Part shown: one piece after another, positions 27,711 through 39,750 of the stretch | How the letters are laid out: each line of letters begins with the position of its first letter | Position numbering within the stretch: position 1 is the stretch's first letter | Translations under genes and position numbers: made by a program | The notes under the pieces: model-generated | The model's database searches: none | The model's input: the letters and a program-made list of their open reading frames with translations, nothing else | What the model was told of the DNA's origin: nothing | Assembly: GCA_013265495.1 (NCBI GenBank) | Contig: MU058337.1 | Location: 250,001 to 314,000 of the forward strand | Source of the DNA: Vicugna vicugna | Taxonomy: Eukaryota | Direction: 5' to 3' | Length of the DNA: 64,000 bases

Positions 27711-30700
27711 AGTACTGTACTGATTTTCATCCTCGCACTGTGAGATGCTAATATTTGGAGAATAAAAGTGGAGGGTATAAGAGGTTTCCTTGCACTGTTT
27801 TTAAAAATATTTTTATAAGCCTGATATTATTCTAAAATGAAAAGTCAAAATATCCAAAACATTCACAGTTAGACAAGGCTGTGACCTAGAAGGTGAAGAA
27901 TTTCCCCTCTTCCCCTGTAACTGTCTTTTACTTGTCTCTCTATCAGCATCATCTGATCTCCAGTGATGACAGTTAACAGCTCAATCTTCTGTTTTTGGTT
28001 TCTGATCACCAGAGTGGGGTCAGGGCTGTGATATGACACCAGATCACCAACAAGACTGCACTCAGGGACCACGTTCATGACTCTGGTCCTCATGAAATTT
28101 CACCACTTCATAATCAGCCCCTAAGCAGATGAATGCTTGGCCTGCTATTAGCTTTTATCAAAGTTGTATATATACACAATATGTAATATATATATACTAT
28201 ATATAATATGTAATATATACAATAAAATTAGTTTTAGTCAAAAAATTCTCATGAATTATATTCTACCCATTATAAGTACAAACCTAAAAGTAATGACATA
28301 ACCAGTGTTTTCCTCTAAATAGTCTGAGATGGATTTTGAGTTTGCCCATTCATTTATGAAAAAAGTCATTGCAACTTTTGTACAGATGGAAAAAGTAAGA
28401 CCCAGAAAATGAATCCACTTGCACTTCTGCAAACCAGCTAGATCTTAGTTTTTGTATTGTTGATCTTATTTGTTTAGTCCTTTCAAGTGACAAATTAATT
28501 AGTCACAGGGTGATCTAAATGGATAGTTCAGTATCATAACACCACATCAAATGTTTCATCACACAGGGCCACTCACCCCACAAGTTCCCAACTCTGTGAT
28601 TAGTGTTAAATACAGCAGGGCCTCAAAACTCAAGAAAAAACAAAAACAAAGATGCCTAAAATCTTTTCGCACGCACACAATTAAGTGTGCAGGAAAAGGA
28701 CTGCATACTCTAAATATATCATTTTGAATGTTGGTGAGGGCCACGCTAGCCTGATTGTAAACTAAATCTACATAAGCAACAAATGGATACTCACACTGGG
28801 TTGTTAACACACCTCCATGCTTTTATTTTAATTTTTGTTAATTGATCTTGAACGTTGTTTCATAACAAACGATTTCCTCCACTTGGCGATGGGGAGGGGG
28901 GAGGAACTCAAAGACGCCCCCTAATGGAGCTCAAAAGAAAACCACATTCACTCCGTGATGGCCTGGCGCGGCTGAGCGGGGCCGTCAGGTGCCTGGGGTT
29001 GCTGACTGCCCCACGCCAGCCTGCGGCACCCTCACCTCACCCTCAGGGAAAGAGGAACCGAAAGAGCAGCTGCTCTGACAGAAGCCTGGAGGTCTTGGAC
29101 CCCTTTCTCCATGATGAATCTGTACGACGTAATCAGATTTATACACACTGACAAACTCAGTTTAGAAGAGTAATGAGCCTACAGACAACCTGGGGTAAAC
29201 TCGCTAATCCCCGGGACCCCAGGACAGGCCAGAGAGGTAACAGGGGACAAAGAGAGTCCGGGGTTCTGCAGAAAGGCAGAGCGCGGTGCCTGGCTGCAGA
29301 GCGCCGACAAAAGTCAGCCCCTCAGTGGTGGCCTTGCATAGCCCCGTCCTGTTCGATTTTCCGGAAATTGTTTATCAGGCAGAAATCTTATTGGACGAAT
29401 TAACTAAAACTGGATACATGCAGTCTGGATCCTACCAATTCCACTTCTAGGTGTAGAGCCAACAGAAGGTGCACAGGTTCCCCAAAATGTTCTCAGAGAA
29501 GATTCACAGGAACGTGCTTCATGATGGTCCCAAGCCGGAAGCAGCCCAACGGTCATTCAGGAGTAAAAGGGACAAATGGACTGTGACACAGTTACAAACT
29601 GAGTGAGGACTGACTACTGCTGCAGGAGCCAGTGGGGAAGAACTTCACAAAGCGGTGAGCTCATGTATCTTTCGGATTACATCCTGTCCTGTGCCATCTG
29701 TATAAAGTTCAGATGCTAAAGCTCTTCCTTGAGGCTGGAAGTCAGAACGGCGATTATGTAAAGTCGGGGAGGAGCGTGACAGGCTTTGGTGACGTCCTAT
29801 GCTGAGACGTGGCAGGTGACCTCAGGAGGGGGTCAACTTTGTAAAAACACGTGACCAAGCCATACCCTTAGATCTGCAGTAGCATTGGGTGGCCATCGTA
29901 CCTCGCCCTCCAGATGTAAAATAAGAGATCTGTATTTTCGAAAGAGGTTTACGTGTCCTGTCTCACGTGATGAGTCTAGATTTTTATATTAGAAACCAAC
30001 TAAAAAATTGTAAAGCAAGATGGGACGCAAACAAACAAGTCAGGGGGCTGCACGGGTCTCCTTGGGGCTTTTGGGAGGCATGTTTTCTGATCCAGAATCT
30101 GCGTGACAACAGGATGTATTAAGTCCTTCCACCCATAAGTCGCTGCACCTGTAGCAAACCACACAGGGAGGACTTTCTCTGCACGGTGACCTAGAGCCCG
30201 GGGACTTCCTCTAGGGGCAGTGGATCTGAACTGAGTGCATATCCTTAAGCCTTAGAAACGTTTTGTTATAGGAAATCCCAGGATAACATCTTTTTCTGCT
30301 AAAATGAATGGAAGGAAAGATAGAGAAGTGGGAACTTGGGCGACTCCTGCTGTGGTGAGACCCACCCTCCCACCTCCCATGCCTGTGTTTACCTCATCTT
30401 TACTCTGCTTCCTGTTGTCTGCACACACTGTCACTCCACCAAAGCCTGATTTTCCTCACAGTTTCACATACGAGGAAGATTAAGAGTTCCATTTTAACGT
30501 TGGTTTGAACCGAAAGTAAAATAAGATTTAAGAATATTTTAGGTGCTGAACTCCACATCTGCTGACAAAAATATGTGAAGTCATTTGAAAAGAAGGGTTT
30601 GCAGGCTGTCAATGACAAGAGTTTAGAGTGCAAACCTGTTACAACGTAGTAGTATCTTTTTTTAGCCTCTGCTCTAAGAAATAGTTAATCCATAACTATA

Positions 30701-30909
30701 TACCTAGTATTGATATGAACAAGTGCTTTTTGAAATATGTAAAATATTTGACTTCAAATGCTTTGTCAGACCCTAACACATACTACCCCACAATGTTTTA
30801 CAGTTCATGAACCTCATTTTTAAGATGACGTTTAGTGTTATGGAGAGAAGCCAAGATGAGTGGTGTAAGACAAACTCAATCCAAAACTGAGGCAAAAGGC
30901 ACTGACATT

Positions 30910-30915
30910 TTTATT
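30910..30915 (-). terminator. Distal polyadenylation signal AATAAA
   Basis: Plus-strand tttatt; downstream on the minus strand is a U/GU-rich tract (gccttttgcctcagttttggattgagtttgt). Confidence 0.7.
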
Positions 30916-30928
30916 TGGCAATCCACGT

Positions 30929-30936
30929 TAGCAGCA
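30929..30936 (-). promoter_or_regulatory. miR-15/16 family 8mer seed match (TGCTGCTA) in the BAFF 3' UTR
   Basis: Plus-strand tagcagca equals the 5' end of miR-15/16; miR-15a regulation of the distal human BAFF UTR is established. Confidence 0.65.
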
Positions 30937-31551
30937 ACCAGAAGAAAATCTCTAACTTCCTTCTAGTACCGAAACTCCGACCCCACCTACCGCTCCTTTA
31001 TTTATTATAGTATTGTAAAACAAAATAAACTGAAGAATGGACTTGACTTTAACCCAAAAGCCAGTATCACAGAAATCAGAATGATAAAGAAAGTGTAATC
31101 TGAGACGCAAAATACAAATAATTCTCTTGGTTTTGAAAATAGTCCCTTTAAAATATTTCACTGTGACCTGGGGAAAGCTGGAGCAGACCAGGTCTGCTCT
31201 CCCACCTGCTGTTTAAACGAACGAAGTCAACTGTTTAATGAAGTAAACTCTTGAGACTGATGAGACACAAAAAAGAGGTGCGCAAGGGCAATCGGTGCCA
31301 TAAAGGGTGAGTGTTAGAGGATTCTCAAACACGAGTCTTCATAAAATGAAGGTTAGGATGATGTCTTCTGACAGAATCATTTTTATAACAAGCACATGGT
31401 ATATAGAACATACTCAGGATGCCAAGAACATTAACTAAACTCCAACTTCTGTAAAGCTAATAATAGGAGTATTTTTTAGAGGCCGTGCTATATAGCAGTT
31501 TAAAACAGGAGAGGCAACAAAAGTAAATTACATTACATTATTACAAATGTA

Positions 31552-31557
31552 TTTATT
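31552..31557 (-). terminator. Candidate proximal polyadenylation signal AATAAA
   Basis: Canonical hexamer with UGUA ~40 nt upstream (31596-31599) and a U/GU-rich downstream tract (tttacttttgttg). Confidence 0.5.
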
Positions 31558-32421
31558 AACTTCTATTGCAGGTTTGGCTTTTACGTAAGAACAAATACAA
31601 CAATTGTTATTTTTTTCAATAAATGCTTGTATGCATGAAGTGGAATTACCCTACATTAAAAGTTTCTGAAGTAACTGAAATCAGCTAGAAAAAAAAAATA
31701 GACATGCATGTAGACACATGAGAGAATTATTTCCCTCCTGTGAAAAATGTCTGGGAGTGTTCCATCGAGGAATATATAATATTAGAGCTAAAAATTGCAA
31801 ACTTGAAATAAACCTAGAAGACTTACATGGTACCTAGATCCTATTTTGAGTCCAACTGTTTAATATGATATTTACATGTAAACTGTTAGTTACTTTTTCA
31901 TATATGGAGTGCAAGATTTCTATATACTTTTTTTCTTTTTGGTTTTTGTCAGCATTAACTGAAAAAAGGAGAATTGGTGTTTAACATAAAAATAGAGAGA
32001 CTCCTGAGATTTCCCCCCAAATGTCTTCACGTCCTACAGGCGTGGACCTTTTCCTCTACAAGCAGTGGAATAGCGTTTAGAAGATGCGATCATGGCCCCT
32101 TTGAATCTGTGCTTCCTAGGAGCCCAGAAGCTATGACTAAATTGTTCAACATGGCACTGGGGGGGGGGGAGTCGTTCTAATTCTATTTTTCCTTAAATGG
32201 GCTCTATTTCTTGTAATCCACATGACACCCGATGGCTGCGGTTGTCTGTTAAATTTCCTGTTTGGGTCTAGTTTCAGCAGACCAAAACAAACAGCTCACA
32301 GAGGAGGGTATGGTAATAACCACTTTTTTTTTTTTCTCCTTTTGGCATTTCCAGTTAAGAGTTTTCTCTGTAGAGGTGCAGAGGAAGGGAGGCAAGCAGC
32401 CACACACAAGGTGTCCGTCGG

Positions 32422-32534
32422 TCACAGAAGTTTCAGCGCACCGAAAAACGTGCCGTCTCCCTCCCGCGAGATTTTAGCATCTTCGCGCGGGATCGCCAGT
32501 TGGAGTTCGTCCCCTTCCTCCAGCTTGGCAATGC
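32422..32534 (-). CDS. TNFSF13B: TNFSF13B exon 6 coding part (113 nt including TGA)
   Basis: ttttccag|GC ATT GCC...= (G)IAKLEEGDELQLAIPREDAKISREGDGTFFGALKLL*; the six exons sum to 870 nt with consistent phases. Confidence 0.98.
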
Positions 32535-35463
32535 CTGGAAAAGAGCAATTCACAAGGACTTGAAGCAGCGGTACCACAGGACAGACCAGGGGGAGGGGCA
32601 GGAACATCAGAGTAAACTCTCTTCTTTTGGAAAAAAATGTTAACAGAGGCATTCACACTTCAAATTACACCCATGGACTTGGAAACCAGTTATAATTCTA
32701 ATCGTCTAAAAACAAAAAAATACCAAAAAAGTTTAAAAAAAAGGAAGAGCACAAAGAGTTACAACAGACACAAATGGATTTATCACCTGCTGTTTCTAAA
32801 ATGAAGACTCTAAATAGGAACCAAATATCTAACTTTAAGAGGAAAAAAAGTTAAGTAAATCATCACCTATGGTGGACTAGTATGCAGCTAAAATGGTTTT
32901 GCTTCATTTTATTGACAAAGGATACCTTTTATAATAATGTTCAATAAAAATAAAAAAAATACACAGACACTTATGAACTGCATAGTCCTAAATATACTTT
33001 TAAATGTGCATATAAAATGTGTAAATTATTAAAAAGTTAAAAAACACATTATTAACAAAGCACACCTGTTAACATAATCTTTCTCTAGAGTCACACTATG
33101 GGGTTAGGAGTCATTTGGATTCCTTTTTATAGCCTTCTATATTGTTTTCTTAAATGACCATGCTTGTCTTTATAATCAAAAGCAACAAAGTTCATTAGCT
33201 TCTCAAAACGGACCAATAAATCTGCATGTGCCTATTTCACAATAATGTATCCTGTGACTCAGGAATACAAAACACAAGAACTACACTCAGTATATCAGGT
33301 CAACCCGACCCCATTTTAAAAGAAAAATAGGAAGAAAAAGAAAGAGGAGGAGGGGCAGAGAATAAAACAAAGACACTGGCAAACAAAATAGCATCTAATT
33401 GTCAATAATTTCAATACAATTTTTTAAAAGTAGTTGTACTGTTTCATTAATATGCTGTGGTTTACATGAACACATATGTGTTAACCTCTATTCCGCTGTC
33501 AAACCCAACACACATGGGTTTCCTCCAGCAGCAGCCAGCGGGTATTTATTTACTGAACATGTAAGACGCACCAGACCCCTTTGGAGGCATGCACGGGGCA
33601 GTGGTTGGAATGAACAAAGATTCTGTCTCTAAAGATCTTATTTTTTGTAATGGACTAAGACAGACAACCAAAAGAACATAGGTTTAGGTATTGTTAAGGG
33701 CAAAGTGTACACTTTCTAGGATTGGCAAAGCATTTGATGACTATGCTAAGTAGGAAAAACAAAGACTGAATTTATTTGTTGACTAGATTAGTCATTATCA
33801 TAGAGACTGAAGATAATCTAGTATTTGACCAAGGCTATATATCACAACATCAAGTAATAGTAACTCAAAATAAAGGTGTAAGCCAACTACTTTTTAAAGT
33901 AGGTTCTATTTCAGATTTCAACACTGAGTTTCTGGCTCTTTTCAATTCTTCCAGATTATAACAAACAGCTCTAACTTTTTCTACAATAAACATATTAAAC
34001 TTGCTAATGAAATAATGAAGATTCAGCTCTGTGTACAAAAGAGGTTCCTTAGTGTTATGCTGAGCTCCTTAAATGGACCATTTTAATTTTTTTCAGATTA
34101 TTATGAAAGCACTTTATACACTTATACACCAATGTGTGGTGTTTAATGGTTTTAAACAAATTCGCCCTAGAACAGATGAAAATTGAAAACTTAAATTTCC
34201 TAAAGAACAGTTTTCGTAAAAAATACTAACCTATCAGCATTGAGAACTATCTTCAAGTCAAGTTAATTACTCTTAAAAAGTCAGGTACTTAGGAACTCTG
34301 GCCAAGTAAATGTGAGATGCTCAGATGATAAGAAAATCTGAGAAAGACTTTGTTGTAAAGCTCCAAGTATTAATTGTAGATAAATAACAGATTGGAGTGG
34401 CCGCACCGATTACAGTTACTTAGCAACATCCAAATACTGGTCATCACTGGCCACAGGGAAACCTCTCTATGAAAATTAGGGAATTTCAACTTAACACACT
34501 TCCTCCTCACCCCATCAAAGCTATTTATTGCTGTGGGTCCAGGATGACAATTGTTTTCCTCCCTTTTTTTTTTTTAACAGATTCATTGTGCATTTGTCAG
34601 TAAATGCCTTTGAAACACAGTCCTTCAAATTGCACAGCCACTCTACCCTCCAAACCTGTGTTTCACACTGTCATTCACGCTAACTGAAGACCTTCCTTGG
34701 GGTCCTAAATGGATTTATCAAAAATTACCAGAGAGAAAAGAATGTGTTTAATGCAAGGTTTTTCCCCCCATATACTGGCCTTGATTAATCTGGAATTACC
34801 TCCAGAACAAAATGGTTGACAATTACCGCCCAAACAGACCTGAAATTGAGAGAGCTTGTCTTTCCCCTTCTCCCCATCCCTTGGGCCCTGAGTTGAGATA
34901 CAGGCTGACTCGCACACTCCACACCCCACAATCACCCATCTGGTGTCCATCCACACCAGACTTCACCTGCAGGAAGGTGAGAGAAGCCATTGTGCCACTT
35001 GACCTGACCATCAAACTGGCCAAAGGCATCTCTCCTGTTGTAAATAAAGAAGAGACACTATGGCTTCCAATCGGGTCAGACCTGCTGTCTTAAACCCAGT
35101 TCTGGAGCTTAGTAGCTCTGCAACCTCAGACAGTGTTTGCTGCCTCTCTGTGTTTCAGATCCCACCCACTTCAACAGGGAGGATTAAATGAAGGGCTACA
35201 GGCAAAGCGGCCGGCATGCAGTAATCACTCTCTTATCATTCTATCGTTGCTGTTATTACAGGTTGAAGACGACACAGGTGAGGATCCTTCTCGGTGCTGA
35301 CTGCTGTGAAGTTCCTGCCGTTCCAAATGTCTATGAAAATGGTAAACCTGTTAGTGCCGATTTCCTCAGTCTCAGTGACACAGACTAGCTTATGATTCAA
35401 GATAATACAAACCACACAGTATTTTGAGGAATGTCTTTCTATTTATACAAAATTATTATTTAC

Positions 35464-35614
35464 CAGCTGAATAACAGGAATTATTGGGTAGTGTTTCAGG
35501 CATGTTTTGAATACATCGGAACAAAGTCACCAGACTCAATTCGTCCCCAAAGACGTGGACTTTTTTCCTCTGTATTAGGTGTCCCATGGCAAAGGTGTTA
35601 TCGGTGTATAAAAC
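35464..35614 (-). CDS. TNFSF13B: TNFSF13B exon 5 (151 nt), including the DE-loop flap KKVHVFGDEL and both disulfide cysteines
   Basis: tcccag|GTT TTA TAC...TCA GCT G|gtaaat = VLYTDNTFAMGHLIQRKKVHVFGDELSLVTLFRCIQNMPETLPNNSCYSA. Confidence 0.98.
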
Positions 35615-35701
35615 CTGGGAAGCAAACCAAAGAACTTTGTCAGAAGTGAGCACAAAATGGGAGGCGTTGGAAAATGACAACAGCATTAGGGTTGGACCTA
35701 C

Positions 35702-35814
35702 CTGACCATATATAAAGAAGTAACCTGTTTCTTTGACCAATATTTTATTTTCTTTTTCTTCGAGGGCTCTTCCTCTCTTAAAGCTGAGAAGCCATGGAAC
35801 AAATGTGTAAGCTC
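35702..35814 (-). CDS. TNFSF13B: TNFSF13B exon 4 (113 nt), TNF homology domain
   Basis: ttgtag|GA GCT TAC...GGT CAG|gtaggt = (G)AYTFVPWLLSFKRGRALEEKENKILVKETGYFFIYGQ. Confidence 0.98.
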
Positions 35815-36177
35815 CTACAATGAAGAGAATGATTTATAAGGAAAAAACACTGAGAAAAGCAGTTTTTGACTTCCACTTAGTTGCTAAACTAAGTCTGAAA
35901 CTTAGAGAATTTCATCTTTAAAAACAAAGAGGAAACAAAGAGAAATCACAGTCCTCCAGTGGTTTCTCAGCCTCAGTGACATACTTTTCCAGTCAAATAT
36001 CAGATACGGGAACTTGAAAGCAAACACTTCATGTGAAATGTCGGGGTTTTCTAGTTCTTCTGTATTCAGCAACTTTCATAATAAAGGCTGGTCTGGATGG
36101 GAAAGCCTGGAGCAAAAAATGGACAGAATGTCTCTGAATAACAGACCAACAGAGATTTTGGGGGTTTTCTTTGATTC

Positions 36178-36748
36178 TGTTGGGGAGGAAGAAATTTTCC
36201 TCTACCCTTTAGGTTCTTCTGGCTGGTCTAAGAATTAAAATGACATGAGGCAGATTAACAGGAGAAAATCAAACAAAAGTTGAACAACAGGTGTACATGG
36301 GAGAGCCCCAGGAACACTGAGCTCTGTGCCAAAGCCCTCAGCTTGAATACCATTTTCAGCTAAAGACAAAAAAAGGATGTTATGAGTGGCGGCTTGGGAA
36401 TTCAAAGAGGAGGAAGGCAATTCACCAAGAGATGGAAAAGCAAAAGTGTGGTAAGCAAATGTTTCCTAGGCCACCAGAGTCAGCGGGACCCAGGGTGGGG
36501 ACTCTGATCCTAGGCCCTGCCCGAGCTTCCCCCACCACCCTTGGCCCATATTCTCCGCAGATGTCTCTGGTGATGGCTCTGTTCCAGGACCAAGCCCTCT
36601 ATCTAAACTATTTTGGTCAGTTAAGGAGGGAGGTAACAAGAAAAACTTCCTGAGTCTTCTTAAAAATAATAATTAAAAATAATCAGCCTAAATTAGATCC
36701 TCACACCAAAGAGATACATTTTAGGGTGGTAAATGTGGCTCCCCTCTA
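36178..36748 (-). mobile_element. ERV1-type solo LTR, sense to BAFF, ~360 nt upstream of exon 4
   Basis: Minus strand starts ggggagccacatttaccaccctaaaatgtatctctttgg...ggctgattattttt and ends gaaaatttcttcctccccaaca, resembling laurasiatherian ERV1 LTRs. Confidence 0.7.
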
Positions 36749-37949
36749 GTGCCCAGAGAGGAGGGAGATTTTTGTGGAGACTTTAGCAAACAGAACCAGG
36801 AGAAAGCCAGCGCCCTCCTGACCAAGGCAACTGAACAGAACTTACGGAGAGAGAGAAAAGTTACTAAGACCTGATCTTTACTGGGACACAGTCAGGGCCC
36901 TTTATGAGAACTGTCTGAAATATTCAAGTTGAAGTGGCTTCCGCTCAATACACCAATTCTCCTCCAGCAGCCCTCAGACTTCACTTGGGGAGTGACGGGG
37001 GAGCCACTGTACTCAAAGAGGCAGAGAGAAGACAGTGGCCAAAGAAACAAGGCAGCAAAAGGGGCTCAAATGGCAAAGCCAGAACACCTACTGAGAAAGT
37101 AAGCCAAACTTCCCATGAACTCACAGGCAAAGATCACCAGATTTGTCACCATCACGTTGTGTAAAAACTGGCATAAACAGTGGACTCTCAGGCTAGAGAC
37201 TGGGAAATTGGGGTTATAAGTAAAATGGTATAAAAATAAGTGATGCAATTAGGGAAATGGTAATGTAAGAAGAGAATAGTCTAAAATCATATTAAAAATA
37301 CTCCTATGTAATTGGCAGCGCTGGGCCACACGTGTCCCCAGACTTCACCTTGGTCATAACTAGAAGAGAAACAAAATCAGTACTAAAATTCAGAGTGTAC
37401 AGGATGATATGCCAGAAGCTCAGGAAAAGAACAACTTGTCCCCGATTGGCTGTAAAGGAAATCTCGCCCTGTGGGTTCTCCCAAGGAGGCCCCGGAGGAC
37501 GGAGGCAGAAGCGTTTTCAGGTTCACAAATACAACAGTTCAGTGTAAGGGCCGACTCCAATGGTGCCCCCAGGGCCAAACCATTGTACTTGACCTTTAAC
37601 CAAACAGGATTCCCAAGGGAAGCCTATAAAACAAGAACCACAGATTTTCTGAATATTTCTGAGGCCTGAAGAGCCAGAAGTGATCAAGCAAAGACAATTA
37701 CACTGTGAATTCAAGTTAAAATAAAGCAAGTCCTTAAGGCAGCCGGCCAGGCTCACATCTCACAGAGGGAGAGAGGGGAGCTCGAGGGTCTGGGGGCGGG
37801 CGTGGACGGGGAGAAGGGAGGGCGAGGGGACCTCACAGACCTCCCCCACTCCTCTCCTGTGCTCCCAGGGAGAGTGAGAGCTCGCAGCTGTGTGCTCTTC
37901 CCAAAGGAGTCTCAGAGAAAACTTTTCCTGAAATGGAAAACCTCCAGCG

Positions 37950-38259
37950 CCATCACCTGTTTTGATGTAACATCATTTCAGCAAAAAAGATAATAACATA
38001 GTTTTAAATTCTGCTTAAATAAGATCATGTGCCCAAAGCATTTTTTAATGTAGTGTCTGGAAATATGAGGAGGAATTAATACCATGGCTGTGGTTGCTGT
38101 CAACCATCACCTGTTTTGATGTAACATCATTTCAGCAAAAAAGATGATAATAACATAGTTTTAAATTCTGCTTAAATAAGATCATATGCCCAAAGCATTT
38201 TTTAATGTAGTGTCTGGAAATATGAGGAGGAATTAATACCATGGCTGTGGTTGCTGTCA
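37950..38259. repeat. Tandem duplication of ~153 bp (37950-38102 and 38104-38259)
   Basis: Copies identical except for one substitution and a 3-nt indel. Confidence 0.97.
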
Positions 38260-38975
38260 GAGGCAAGCTGATGACTGAAGGCGACTGTTTTCACGGTAGG
38301 AAAGACACTTATTTGATGTTCTGGCCACAGAGGGCTTTTTTCGCCCTTCCAGCCCTACACATTTTAGATGCTAACTTCTCTGAGTCCGGGGATGGTTTAT
38401 GTTGGGTTCCCTCCTATTTCCCCAAGGCTAAAAAGGATGACTGGCCCACAGCAGATGCAGCAAATATTTATTAAATGAATTAACTCAACTTTAAACATAA
38501 AATACTTCAGGATGGTGGTGTACTGTGCAATCAGTCATGAGCATTCCGCTGTATTTTGAAGGCATTTACTACCTGTTTACTGAAACTCCAGGAAATGAAA
38601 CACCCCTATCACAGAGACAATAGGTACTCCTGAATGGAAGCAAAACACATATTTCTAAAACTGCTTCTTTGTATTCCAATCAGAGATATTTACTGACTGA
38701 AAAAAAAATTTGCAATACCAGTACCTTAAATTGAGCCCCTACTTCTGGACACCATGCTTATCTATAAAATTAGTGAGCCAGTCTGTACCAAATTCCATGG
38801 CCATATTGTCAGGATAGAGAGAAAAACAAATATTACGATGATATTCTTATTTTCTCTTGATATTTGCTTTTGGCATTTCATCCTATCTTGCTGGAAATAG
38901 AGACAGTAAACGTTGGCCTGTTTTTATGTACTGTCTGGGTTTCTCCCCCGCCACCCCTGTATACACACACATGCA

Positions 38976-38979
<4 letters not shown>

Positions 38980-39007
<28 letters not shown>
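38980..39007. repeat. (CA)n microsatellite in intron 3
   Basis: Direct reading. Confidence 0.95.
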
Positions 39008-39152
39008 GATTATACTCCATTAGGCCAAGGAAATGACTAAGCTGTAGTCATAGCTGTAAACCCAAATGCCAAGAGTAGAGCCCAGCACATGAACCTGAGC
39101 AGGTGCACGTAGGGGCCTTCCCAGTGACAGACCCCTCTGTGTCCCTGCTTAT

Positions 39153-39750
39153 TGCTGACTAGGAAAAGCAGTTATGGAGACACACCATGACTTCCTAAGC
39201 CCTCCGTCTGGAACAAAGAACAGCCCTGCCAATTAATGTTTGGGAAAGCAGAGAATGCAGAGACACAGAAAGGACAGTCAGGCAGGAGAGCAGCTGTAAG
39301 TTAAACAGTCCGTTAGTCACAAGGGCTTCCAGTTCAGTTTCAAAGGTGAAGGGAAGTCTGGTGCACATTCCCAAGCTGTTCTGCAGATACCAAAAGCCCC
39401 ACCAGGTGAAGAAGGTCGACTGTGTGCTGACCACCAGCACGTAGCCATAGACCACTGGAACCCAAAAGCTGATGATGTTGACTGCTGACACAGCACCTGA
39501 TTATCTCACCACCGACCAATCAGAAGAGAGTGCACAAACTGATCACTCACCCTGAGACCCTCTCCCTCACACTGCCCTTAAAAACCCTTCCCGAAAGTCA
39601 TCCTGGAGTTCAAGTCTTTTGAGCACAAGCTGCCCATTCTCCTTGCTTGGCCTTGTAATAAACACTGTACTTTCCTTCACCACAACCTGGTGTCAGTAGA
39701 TTGGCTTCACTGCACATAGGACGAAGGGGCCCATGTACGGTTCAGTTCCA
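39153..39750 (+). mobile_element. ERV solo LTR, antisense to BAFF in intron 3
   Basis: TG...CA ends, CCAAT (accaatcagaag), TATA-like cccttaaaaac, AATAAA at ~39657, then a U5-like gtgtcagtagattggc. Confidence 0.75.

Larger units (their letters stand above)
30890..32421 (-). other. TNFSF13B: TNFSF13B 3' UTR (~1.5 kb; 3' end approximate)
   Basis: AT-rich sequence with no evident interspersed repeats after the stop, ending at AATAAA (30910-30915) followed by a GU/U-rich tract. Confidence 0.75.

Noticed and set aside
32324..32335. A12 run ~90 nt after the stop as an apparent transcript end
   Set aside because: Genomic A-run with no upstream hexamer; a likely oligo-dT internal-priming site
32535..32652. 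Upstream part of ORF 32422-32652
   Set aside because: Intronic read-through; the ttttccag acceptor before 32534 restores BAFF homology and phase
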